Shown here: one piece after another, positions 24,526-35,939 of the stretch
Position numbering within the stretch: the stretch's first letter is position 1
Layout of the letters: each line of letters starts with the position of its first letter
Assembly: GCF_044704955.1 (NCBI RefSeq)
Contig: NC_091989.1
Coordinates: forward strand, 104,036,001-104,100,000
Length of the DNA: 64,000 bases
Reading direction: 5' to 3'
Source of the DNA: Pristiophorus japonicus
Taxonomy: Eukaryota
The notes under the pieces: generated by a model
Database searches by the model: none
The model's input: only the letters and a program-made list of their open reading frames with translations
What the model was told of the DNA's origin: nothing
Translations under genes and position numbers: made by a program

Positions 24526-27500
24526 TTAGTCAGGCAATCGTAGTACGTCCTGGTTCGATGCCTTTTCTTTTGGCTGTATTTCGTCGGGAAAATAATATTT
24601 ACAACAGGTTGCATGCACCCAATTTGGATGCTTTTCCAACTTCAGCGCGGTTTGTGTTGTGAGAATTATCTGATATGGTCCTTTCCACCTAGGAGAAAAG
24701 GATTCTTTGTTTAATGTTTTTACCAACACTTGGTCTCCAGGCCTGAAAGGGTGCATATTTCCTTCCGACGGGGGCACCTGTGTCTGCTTTATTTGTTCAT
24801 GCAGACTCCTTGCTATTTCACACATGGCCTGAGCATACTTTAGTGATTTTTCATCATTCCAAATTAATGCTATTTTTTCAGCTGCCAGTGGTGGTTTTAT
24901 GCCAGTAGGCATTGGTCTTCCCAATAAGGCTTCATGTGGTGTCAAACCAGTGTTTCGGTTTTTCTGGTTTCTCATTGTATACAATACCAATAGTAAGGCA
25001 TCTGGCCACTTTAGTCCAGTCTCCTGACATACCTTGGTAAGGGTAGATTTTATTATCCCATTTACTCTTTCTACCATTCCCGAGGACTGTGGCTGATATG
25101 GTAGATGTAACTTCCACTGGAAACCTGACGTTTCTGCAAGATTTTGCACTATTTTTCCAGTGAAGTGTGTTCCCCTGTCACTGTTGATTCCCATAGGTAT
25201 CCCATTACTTGGTACTATTTCTTTAAATAGAATTTGTACTACTATTCGGGCATCGTCTCTCCCAGTGGCGTATGCTTCTACCCACCTTGTGAACATGTCT
25301 ATTATGACTAATAGGTACTTAAGACCTGATACTGGAGGCATGTGGACAAAATCAATTTGCAAATTTTCAAAGGGCATACTTGGCTGGGGTAGAAGATCAT
25401 ATTCAGCAGGTGTTTTACCTCTGTTATTTTGTTGACAAATTTGGCATGTTCTAGCAACTTTCTCAATTACTACTGTTATTCCTGGTGCATACCACTGTGC
25501 ATTAATAGCATGTATCATCCATCCTTTGCCCATGTGAGCCTGACCATGTGCTAGGCGAGACAGGGGCAAAAATAGAGATCTAGGGCAAACAGTTCGCCCA
25601 TCAGGGTGACACCAGATGTCGTTTTTGAGAAAACAACCCTGGTTTTCCCAAGTTCTTATTTCCTGCATGGTAACTTGTTGTTGGGCTGTTTTAAGTTGTT
25701 GGATGTCAAGTACCTGTGGAAGGGAAACTGAGACTGCTTGAAGGCAGTCTGCCTGTGCTGAAGCGGCCTGTTTGGCTGCTTCGTCAGCCCTCCTACTGAT
25801 ACTTCATCCTCACCGGTTGTGTGAGCTGCACATTTGATAATGGCTACCTTACTTGGCAACTGAATGGCATCTAATAGATTAAGCACCAGTTGAGAGTGCT
25901 TAATATGCTTTCCACCAGAGGTGGTAAAGCCTCTGTTTTTCCACAGTTGTCCAAAATCATGGACTACACCGAATGCATATCTGGAATCAGTATAGATATT
26001 AGCAGTTTGATCTTTAGCTATTATACAAGCTCTAGTGAGGGCAAACAATTCAGCAGCCTGAGCCGAGGTTCCGGGAGGCAGGGCGAATGCTTCAACAGTT
26101 TCGTGGGGATTTACAATAGCATAGCCTGCCAACAGCAAGTCATCCGACGGCCTGTACGATGATCCATCCGTATAGAGAATAAGATCAGGATTGTCCATGG
26201 GCTCTGTGAGCAAATCTGGTTTTGGTAAGGTGGCTATTTCCCCTGTTAACAGACAATCATGCTGGTCTGGATCCTCTATTTCTCTAGTAGGAAGAAAGGT
26301 GGCTGGGTTTACTACCGGTGCGCGTCGAAAGGTATAGTTAGGGTGTGACAGCAGTAATACTTCATAACCTGTTCTTCTAGACGCTGTAAAGTGTTGCGTG
26401 GCAGCTGAATTCAAAAGTAATAACACAGCATGGGCTGTAATGACAGCACATGGATAATACAAAACAATAGGTACCGACTTCTCCACCATGACTGCAGTAG
26501 CAGCTACAGCACGAAGACATGCTGGCATTCCCCTTACTACTGGAGGCAGCAAAACCGAATAATAAGCAACTGGTCTATTTCCCCCACCATGTTCTTGGGT
26601 TAGTACTGCGGTTGCAAATCCTTCTTTCTCATTCACATACATCTGAAAAGGTTTACGATAATTCGAAGTCCCAACGCAGGAGCATTAGTAATGGCTTTCT
26701 TTAACTGTTTAAATGCCTCCTCTCTCTCTGGGGTCCACTCCACCTTGGGTGGGGCATCATTTAGGGCAGCTGATCTTAGGACCGCATCCCATTCTCGATA
26801 ATCGGGGATCCATTGTCTACAGTACCCAACCATCCCCAAAAATGACAAGATATCCTTCTTTGTCTTTGGTATGGTGGCACTTTGAATTGTCTGAATTCTT
26901 TCTGGTCCTAGCTGCCTCTGCCCTTGAGATATGTGAAAACCCAGGTACTGGACTTGAGTCTGACAAAATTGTAACTTTGGTAACGACACTCGGTGCCCTC
27001 TTTTACATAGGTGCTGTAACAGTTTCAGGGAGTCTTGCATGCACCTGTATCCGTGGCTAGAAGCCACAAGCAAATCATCCGCATACTGCAACAGCACAGA
27101 CTGGTCTGATAATGAACAGTCTTCAAGGTCTCTTTTTACTGCTGCTGCATATACTGCGGGGCTTTCGGTGTATCCTTGGGGCAATCTGGTCCATGTGTAC
27201 TGCTGCTTCTTGTGGGTGAAAGCAAACAGATACTGACTTTCTTGATTTAACGGGATGGAGAAAAAAGCTGAACACAGGTCTATCACAGTAAAGACAGTTG
27301 CTGTTGGTGGTATCGCAGATAGTATAATGTTGGTGTCCGGTACCACAGGGGTGATAGGGACTACTATCTTATTAATAGCTCTCAGATCTTGCACTAATCT
27401 CCATTCATTCGGCCTATTAACCTTTGGTATGGGCAGTATCGGAGTGTTACACGGGATCTGTGTCTTTTTTAAAACTCCTTGTTCCAACAATGCAGAAATG

Positions 27501-28681
27501 ACTGGCTCTATCCTATCTTCTGCCTCTGGAGGCTGTCTGTACTGCCTAATGCTTGGCAACACGGCGTTCTTTATCAATTATACCCGATGGGGTACTGCAG
27601 AATGTACTTGCCCAACATATTTCTTATGCTTTGCCCAAAGTTCAGAAGATACTTGATTCAATGCCATTGGCAGCTTAGGGCTTGGTTGTTCCGGGGGTTG
27701 CTGTTTTTCAAAAGTGGAGGCATGATTTTTACCTTTCCACTGGAGAATCCCCCCGTTGTGGGTGATAAAGTCTATCTGAACATTTTGCAGTTTTATTACT
27801 GCCCAAGGTTGATAGCCTTGTTGCTGTTTTTCTTTTTCTATTCCTACAATCATCGGACCCATATCTTTAGGTTTCGCTGGCGGTTTTGTAGCCAATGTCA
27901 GATGGGGTGTCGAGTTCACTTTTCTATACCGCTGCTGCTGTAAGGGTGTCAAATCAATGGCTACCCCCAATCCTTCTGGTCCAAAATAAATGTGGGGCGT
28001 AGCTTCTACTATTTCTTCTTTTTTTAAAAAGGATTGTACCAGACACTGGTAAGTTTCAGCTTTTTGTCGAATGTACCAGGCTGTACAATGAAGCTGAACT
28101 GCCTCAAAGCTTGTCAAAATTATATACATCAATTCTTCAGTATTAGGGTCGATTTTAGCTTTTAAATTTTGTATAACTTCATGTATCAAAGGGGAGTAGA
28201 AGTTGCCATTCAATTGCCAACAATAGAGGGCAGCCTTTTCTTTGTTATCCTCCCTTTTCTCTTCTTTAATCCCATTAAAGAACTGATGAATTTTATTTGG
28301 AGGGAGCTCCATGAACATTCCTTCCTTTGTGTAATAAATTGTGGCTCCTAGTTTGCACAAAGTCTGTCTTCCCAATAAAGAGAGAGGTGTTGTTTTCGAG
28401 ACTATCAAAGTCTCATCATTAACTGATTGTCCTTCAATTATCAATTTGGTAGGTTCAGATAAAAATTCTTTCATGGGGATACCGGCCACACCCATACTTA
28501 AGACGGTTGTGTTGCTTACAGGTAATCCCACAGAGGATGGTACAGAAGACATAGTAGCACCGGTATCCACCAGGAATTTCACATAAGCGTCTCCTACTTT
28601 TACTACTGCCAAAAGGTTTTCTTCTATGTCTGCTGATAAGTGGAGGGCTGCCGCCTGTACCACTAAGCCTCCGGGGCATCC
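24526..28681 (-). pseudogene. pol: ERV-B pro-pol: protease, 2H-phosphoesterase-like insert, RT, RNase H, integrase
   Basis: FLVDTGA and LLGRQTL; LHCTA...PHLTL; CNTPILP, WRLVQDLRAIN, IDLCSAFFSIP, TWTRLPQGY, QYADD; YTDGS, SAQAAEL, YTDSRY; H-H-C-C, QIDF, SDRGTHF, PQSSGMVER, WKGPY. One stop at 27578 and frameshifts near 26640 and 25700-25800. Confidence 0.96.
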
Positions 28682-30344
28682 CTATGCTGATTGGTGCGGG
28701 TTGGGGTTAGAGAACGAAAACTGAGGGGCCAATGAAGGTGGAGGTTCGGGGAAATCCCCTTGTAACCCTCCACCCTGTTTCCTCCACCCTGTTTCGGGGG
28801 GCATCTGCAATCGCGAGCCGAATGCCCTTTCCTTCCGCAATTTCTATACTCATCTTGGGAGCGGTCTCGTTGGGGCCACTGTTCTCTCCCTCTTCCTCGT
28901 CCTCGTCCCCCAAACCCTCCTCTATTATTCTGTGCTTGTCCTCTTCCCTTTTGCTGATAGTACTGACCTGCTGTTTTAGCCTTATTTTCCTTATAGGTGA
29001 ATAGTCCCTCCCTATCCATGTTGGCCAAGACTGTAATTGTTTCCATCCAACTTTTTCCTTGCCAGTCCAAAACCTTAATTTTATAGGTTCTCGCGTGTTG
29101 CGGCAACATACAATTTAACAAGGTTTGCACTGCCAAATGTTCATTTTGATCCATTGGTATTCCTGCATGCTCGTCCCAACTATTTTTCCATCTGCCTGCA
29201 AAATCTATTATTGATTCTTCTGCTTTCTGCAGACAGCTCATGACTTCCCCTATATCTCCATGCTTTTTAGCTCCCTTTAGTATGGCATCCTTGCCCCTGT
29301 GCTGCAACCAATGTTCCCGGGACTCATTTCCTTCTTCCTCATTATCTTCCGTTTTCTCCGGCGGGTATAGGGAACATATCTTTTACCCCCTGCCAAGAGG
29401 ACCCATATGCTGCCTGCAGTAATAATTTCACATCTCCGGGGAGGGGGTTATAAATGGTACAGGTTTGCTCAAGCCAGTTGTGAAAGGCTACTGGCTTCTT
29501 AACAGGATTAGGGGCAGCTGATATCATATCCCGAGCTTCCCCCGGGATATGTCCAGGGCTTTAGGACAGCCGTGGTTCCAATCATTACACGGGGGGCTTG
29601 TGTCGTTGGGGTAGTGGTGGAATCGGCCTGTCTTATGGTATTCCTGGTATTCATTCCAGGGTCAGGGTTGGGGTTTTTGCCTTCGGCTCCTCCACTTGCC
29701 TCTCCTTCCCCGTTTTCATCCTCTGGTGGGTTTTGGGGTCGTGCTTGCATTCGTCGCCTAGAGGCCTGATCTAGCTGGGCAGCCACTATTTCTATGATCT
29801 CCTGCCAATCATCCGGCTTGGTGGTTGGAAGACGGTAATATAAGCCGACAGGTGAAGCGGTCATAACCGGGACACTCGGGGGACTATAAGAGGGAAGGGG
29901 GTTCTCCTTACCCTCCTCCTCTTTCTTTTTATTTTTAGGGGGCTGGTGCCTTTTTGCCACCTCTGTCCATTTTTTAAAACAATTCTCCATATAATCTTTA
30001 TCCCAAGTGGGGTCCCCCACCTCATCTTTGGTGGTCTGTCTCCATTCCTCAATTAAGGACAATTTAAAACTTCCTCCATATGGCCAATCCCCATCAGACC
30101 AACCATACAAATCACCACTAAACGTTACCGCGTATCTGTCGTCTCCTGTTTCTTTAATTACAGTGTCCGCCGGCGAGCCGGGCGGCACAATAGGATCTCC
30201 TACCTTCTCTCGTTGCTTTGCTACCTTACGGATGCTTTTCTCAGTCTTAGGATGTACTTTCATTCTTTCAGTTGAGAGGTCGTCTTTCTTTCCTTTTATA
30301 GGAGCTGGGCGTGAGCGCCCTGCTCGACTAGAGCCGTTTCCCAT
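28682..30344 (-). pseudogene. gag: ERV-B gag, frameshifted; ends in a TAG read-through codon
   Basis: Myristoylation-type start MGNGSS, WPYGGSF, LPSYSPP, capsid-like region, zinc knuckle E(C>Y)RNCGRKGHSARDC. In the pol frame ...NPHQSA-TAG(28684-28682)-GGA TGC CCC. Confidence 0.9.
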
Positions 30345-30664
30345 TCTTCCGGGTGCAACGTCTCGCGATCTTTTCTGAAATGAGAGTTAGGACAATCCTA
30401 CAAAATATACAATAATTTACAAAGCGCTCACCGGTGTTCTCTTATCCGCTCAGCTCGGGGTCTCCTTTTGCCTTTTTGTTATTTTAGCTTCTTTGCGGTA
30501 ACTACCTTAAATTATGCCTCACCCTCCAGGGGATCTCGGCAGCTCGTTCCCCTTTCAGATGGGACGGCCTAGGCACCTTCCTCCTTTAAGCTAGGAAGGT
30601 CCTTAAAATTCCTCTTTTCTCTTTAAAAGTTAAATTTAGTTCTTTTGGATCTCGTTTTTTAGAG

Positions 30665-30683
30665 ATCCTGCCTGACTACGCCT
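30665..30683 (-). promoter_or_regulatory. ERV-B primer binding site, tRNA-Ser type
   Basis: Minus strand GGCGTAGTCAGGCAGGAT versus the canonical Ser PBS TGGCGTAGTCGGCAGGAT. Confidence 0.8.
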
Positions 30684-31130
30684 AAATTAACTCAGGCGGA
30701 GGCTTTCAGAGTCGTGCTTCGAGACAATTTTATTTTAAAAAGCGAGATATCTCGGAGAGCCTGCTTGGACCGTACCAAGGCAGAAAACTCTCCTGTACAA
30801 GCAAATTGTCCCTATCTTTATACAGAAATAGAATACAGAAATAGAAAAGGAATCTTATTCATTAGTTCCGTGGTCATCTAGGGAGGCACACACTCTATCT
30901 GTCCTTGCATAGTTTCTCCCTGTTCACAGTCTGATAAGCAGAATATCAGGAGACTCCCTTTTAATACCGGATAGTCATTTAATTACATTTCTAAATTTCA
31001 AGACTAAAAAGTGTGGGTGTTGTTCTAGTCCTATTATTTCTTTAAATATAGCAAAAACAGAATTTAACCCTTCCCTTTACCATAAGCTTAATAAGATTCC
31101 TTTTCTAATTCATAGATTCTTTCTTCCACA
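30683..31130 (-). repeat. ERV-B 5' LTR (lacks the terminal 20 bp of U5)
   Basis: Matches 21671-22112. Confidence 0.95.
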
Positions 31131-31135
31131 CATAC

Positions 31136-31244
31136 ATCACATGGGTGCACGTAAGCTGTTTTTTTTAAAGGGGACCGTTCAGTAGGCTGTACATGTTATA
31201 CACAGTTTATAAAGATAATTAATGGCTACAAATTCCCTCCAACA
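31136..31244 (-). repeat. ERV-A 5' LTR, U3 part
   Basis: Matches 16711-16820 (ATCACATGGGTGCACG...CCCTCCAACA). Confidence 0.93.
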
Positions 31245-33165
31245 ATAGATACCGAGAACACAATACTGCAGAAACTCTAGAGGAGTATAAGAAGTGTAGG
31301 GGTGAAATTAAAAAAGATAACAGTAAAGCAGAGAGATGGCATGTAAGAATATTGGCAAGTAAAATCAGGGAAAACCCAAAGATGTTTTACAAATACATTA
31401 AGAGCAAGAGGATAACTAGAGAATGATTGGGGCCTATTAGAGATTATAAAAGTAATCTGTTTGTTGAGGCAGAAAGTGTGGGTATGATTCTTAATGAATA
31501 CTTTGCATCCGTTTTCACAAAAGGGGTGTGCAATTCAGACAATACAGAGGGAGGAGGAGTATGAAATATTAGACGAGATAAACATAGTGAGAGCGGAAGT
31601 ATTAAGTGGCTTAGCAGCTTTGAAAATGGGTAAATCCCTAGACTTGGATGAAATGCATCACAGGCTGTTAACGGAAGCAAAAGAGGAAATAGCAGAGGCT
31701 CTAACCATCACTTTCCAGTCCTCTCTGGCTACAGGTGTGGTGCCAGAGGACTGGAGGACTGCTAATGGTATACCTTTGTTTAAAAAGGGAGAATGGGATA
31801 GACCGAGTAATTACAGACCAGTCAGCCTAACCTTGGTGATGGGAAAATTATTGAAAAAAATCCAGAGGGCCAGGATTAATCTTCATTGGGAAAGACATGC
31901 ATTAATCAAGGACAGTCAGCATGGATTTGTTAAGGGAAGTCGTGTCTGACTATCTTGATTGAATTTTTCGAGGAGATTACCAGGAATTTCAATGTTGTGT
32001 TTGGATTTTAGCAAGGCTTTTGATAAGGTCCCACATGGCAGACTGGTCACGAAAGTAAAAGCCCATGGGATCCAGAGCAAAATGGCAAGTTGTATCCAAA
32101 TTGGCTAAGAGGCAGGAAGCAAAGGGTCATGGTTGAAGGGTATTTTTGTGACTACAATGCTGTATCCAGCGGGGTTCCGCAGGGCTCAGTGCTGAGTCTC
32201 TAACTTTTTGTGGTATATATCAATCACTTGGTCTTGATTGTTGGGGGTATGATTAAGAACTTTGCGGACAAAACTAAAATAGGCTGTGAGGTTGGTAAGG
32301 AAAAAGAAAGCGGCGGACTGCAGGAACATATCAATATACTGGTCAGGTGGGTAGAACAGTGGCAAATGGAATTCAATCTGGATAAATGTGAGTTAATGCA
32401 TTTGGGGAGGTCTAACAAGGCAAGGGAATACACATTAAATGGTATGACACTGAAAAGTGTAGAAGAACAAAGGGACCTTGGAATGCAGGTCCACAGATCC
32501 CTGAAGGTAGCAGGCCAGGTAGATAAGGTGGTTAAGAGGCATATGCAATATTTGCCTTTATTAGTCGATGCATGGAATAGTAAGGGCGTTATGCATGAAC
32601 TGTATAAAACATTGATAGGCTGCAGCTGGAGTATTGTGTGCAGTTCTGGTCACCACATTGCAGGATAGAGGTGATTGTACTGGACGGGGTGCAGAGAAGT
32701 TTTACCAAAATGTTGCTGGCCTGGAGGTTTTTGATATGAGGAAAGATTGGAGATGCTGGGCCTGTTTTCTTTAGAACAGAGGAGGCCTGATTGAGATGTA
32801 TAAAATTATGAGGGGCCTGGATAGAGTGGATAGGAAGGACCTGTTTCCTTTGGCAGAGGGATCAACAACCAGGGGGCATAGATTTAAAGTAATTGGAGGG
32901 AGGTTTAGAGGAAATATGAGGGAAAGTGTCTTCACTCAGAGGGTGGTGAGGGTCTGGAACTCACTGCTTGAAAGGGTGGTAGAGGAAGAAACCCTCACCA
33001 TATTTAAACAATACTTGGATGAGCACTTAAAGTCCGGTATCTAGAGGGTTACAGACCAAGAGCTGGAAAGTGGGATTAGGCTGGATAGCTCATGTTCGAC
33101 CAGCACGGAAATGATGGGCTGAAATGGCCTCGTTCTGTGTTGTAAATTTCTATGATTCTATGATT
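31245..33165 (+). mobile_element. CR1 LINE ORF2 RT and 3' tail, right part of the element split by ERV-A
   Basis: PEDWRTAN, NYRPVSLT, QHGFVKG, DFSKAFD, GVPQGSVL, FADKT, WNSL, and (TTCTATGA)n tail. Confidence 0.92.
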
Positions 33166-34093
33166 GTATATAGTTAGCTTTGTGAAGATCATATATTAAT
33201 AATATTGTGCAATGTTACTTTTATTTGTCATTGGTAGGTAAAATAAAATACTTTATAATCTAATTAGTCTGTAAATAATTCTTTGGAGTTTCATGTTTTT
33301 TTTTCTTTCTGTAAGTGATGTAAAAAATGATTTAATTTGGAATGAATGGTTCGGGTGTGGGGGGGTCCATGTGTGTGGCGCCTGGAAATCTGGTGGATCA
33401 GTGTCTGTGAGGTCCATTTTTGGGGGGAGCATGTGTATGAGAGCCGTGTGTGGGGGCTTCGTGTGTGTGGGTTCCATGTGCGTGAGTTCTGTGTGTATGT
33501 ATCAAAGTGTCAGAAACAAATTGTTAGAACTGCAATCCTATGCTGTATTGGAGAAATTAGACATATTGAGGGGGAGATTCGGAATGTTAGCGCATCCCAT
33601 TAGCGCCTAGGCGGGCCGTGGCAAATCCAGTGCTGCACGCTTAATTCACCAGGAAATTAGCGCTGGCATGAACATTTAGCACCTAAGCCTTTACTACTTG
33701 CCAGATCATGACATCAGTGCATTTGGAGCGCCCTGTTAACGAACCAGATGCAAAATTGACTGTCGCCTCCAGCCTTTACGCTTGGTGTGAACAATGGCAG
33801 GAACACGAGGCATAATGGATCGTATTTTCGCTGTTGGTGCAGTATTTAAAGGGTTCAACATCCAGCTTCATTTTAGTCCCAGTCAATGCTGCTTTCTCAA
33901 TTGCAAACAGACGTTTTTAGTGAGTTAATTGTTTCTTACTTTCAGAAGTGTTCTGCCTGCTAAAGATTTGTCACTTTCATTCTGCTGAGATTCCGAACAC
34001 CTACACTTGTATATGTTAATTGGATCTGTACTGGCAACCGACATCGCCCTGTAGCATCAACATCGGAGACAGAGAGAAAGATTGGAATATGGG

Positions 34094-34352
34094 AACATCA
34101 CCTTCTATTGAATATTCCCCATCTCTCAGGACCCACTCTCCTGGGTAAGAGTGTATTGGTGGAAACAGGGTGAGAATGAATACCTGCGCACAAGCACCGA
34201 CAACAGAAAACGAATTGGTCTGGAAGCTAAAGCGAGCGGTTACTTTCAGTTGCTGAGTGCGACTTTCCAAGACTCTGGGGTCTATCAGTGCGCAGTGTTC
34301 CATCGGGGAGTAGTTCGAGGAAATGGAAATGGCTCACAACTAATTGTACATG
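34094..34352 (+). pseudogene. Copy 1 V(J)-type Ig exon, 5'-truncated
   Basis: NITFY*IFP...VYWWKQ...DSGVYQCAV...GNGNGSQLIVH, followed by G|GTAAGT. Confidence 0.9.
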
Positions 34353-35373
34353 GTAAGTGTGAAACACCGTAGAGCGGAACCGTCGGAAATATATCGAATG
34401 TAATAAACAGGGATGTTTTGTAATTGTTTTACTGGACATTTTCTGGCAGTATATAAACATGTCTATTAATACATTTTGCGATAAGTTAAATTGTATGTCC
34501 ATGTTCTCTGTGTAGACATCCAATGTCACAGGCAGAGTACTACTAAATATATTAATATTAAACAATTGGACTAGAATTCCACTAACAATTTATACACTTG
34601 ATGTGTGATAGCAGAAGTTCAGAATAAATTACAAGCATATAACTGAATGTAAACCGTTTATATTAATGCGCCTCTCCCAACGTATACAAGGCTCTTAGCC
34701 CGTTTATGATGCTCTGTCTGCCCCCAGTGCTGTCTTTGGGGGTTAAAATTCCTCAAATTAATTCTAACATAATGTTAGTGTCAGGGATTAGAAAGCCAGC
34801 CTGCAACTAACTGTTGATCAAGGGGTTCACTCAACAAACTGGAGTTTGGAAACCCAAGTTTTCATCTCACTACTCTCCAATAAATAAAACAACACAGAGG
34901 AGCCGTGTGGCAAAACCTCCTGAGGTTCAACTGAACACACTTTATTTCAGAAAATGTCATGCTTCGGCTGTGAGATTTGTTCGATACCTACCAAGCGTTC
35001 GTTTTATCATCGACAAAATACAGATTACTCGTCATTCTCAAACACGGAGCGACTCGGCGCACCACATCTCCCAGGGTTTAATTAATTAATACTTCGGACT
35101 ATGAAGCACAAACATCGATTAGCAATCGTTGCGATGTCTGAGTAACTGCTGATTAACGCATGTCTTGGAATTGATGACGCAGGTAAATTTGAACAGATGC
35201 GGGATTCCATGGATGGGGAGTGTGTAGGTATTGTGCGTAGCATTAACATGACAAGAGGTTGTGCTTTGGAATCATACTATGAAAATAAAATAGACCGAAG
35301 GCAAATTAGGATAATGTTTAATTTCTCCCAATGCTGCCCAGTAAATCGACTTTATTCATTCTCTGTTCCGCAG

Positions 35374-35685
35374 CGGCCCCAACACCACTGAAGATTGTCT
35401 CTGGGGCAACTGAACGAAATTCATCTGCGTCTCTGACTCTTGTGTGTAAAACGCCTGAGTTTTATCCGGAAAACGTCACCCTCACTTGGTATAAAAATGG
35501 CGTCGAAACTTCATTCGTAACAGATACCATTAAAGTGCAGAACACGGAGGGACTGTATGAAGTTTCCAGCTCTTTGGCTGAGACGCAGCCTGTCCCGAGC
35601 GACACCAATTATACCTGTTTGGTATCTCATGTCTCCCTCCAGACTCCAGCCATGGTCACATATACTGTTTCTAAATCTAACAAAG
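35374..35685 (+). CDS. Copy 1 Ig C1-set exon
   Basis: TLVCKTPEFYPENVTLTWYKNG...YEVSSSL...YTCLVSHVSL. 312 bp, phase 1/1. Confidence 0.92.
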
Positions 35686-35939
35686 GTAGGTGGACAACAG
35701 TCCAAAAAGGTGAAACAGCTACTGTTATATTCGTAAAGAGATATATCGTACAGTTTGTAGTTTGTACATGCTGACAATCATAAAGTTAGTCCACAGAAGT
35801 CCCATGGGAGATATCAACGAAAGCATTAAATTCACGTTTTAATATATAACATAATTAAACCCGATCAGTTGAAAAACATATATTCTCAGTCAAACCTAAT
35901 TTGCTTTCCCATTCCTCTATTTGATGTATAACAAATATA

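Larger units (their letters stand above)
21651..31130 (-). mobile_element. Endogenous retrovirus B, full-length provirus (LTR-gag-pro-2H-RT-RH-IN-env-LTR), epsilon/gamma-like pol
   Basis: Termini TGTCGAGGAA...TTCTTCCACA. 5-bp TSD CGTAC (21646-21650) / CATAC (31131-31135). Paired LTRs, tRNA-Ser PBS and PPT. Confidence 0.96.
16454..31244 (-). mobile_element. Endogenous retrovirus A (internally deleted provirus; spuma/class III-like pol, gamma-type env), with ERV-B nested in its 5' LTR
   Basis: Termini TGTTGGA...TCCAACA. 4-bp TSD ATAG at 16450-16453 and 31245-31248. Paired LTRs, PBS, PPT, and pol and env remnants. Confidence 0.95.
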
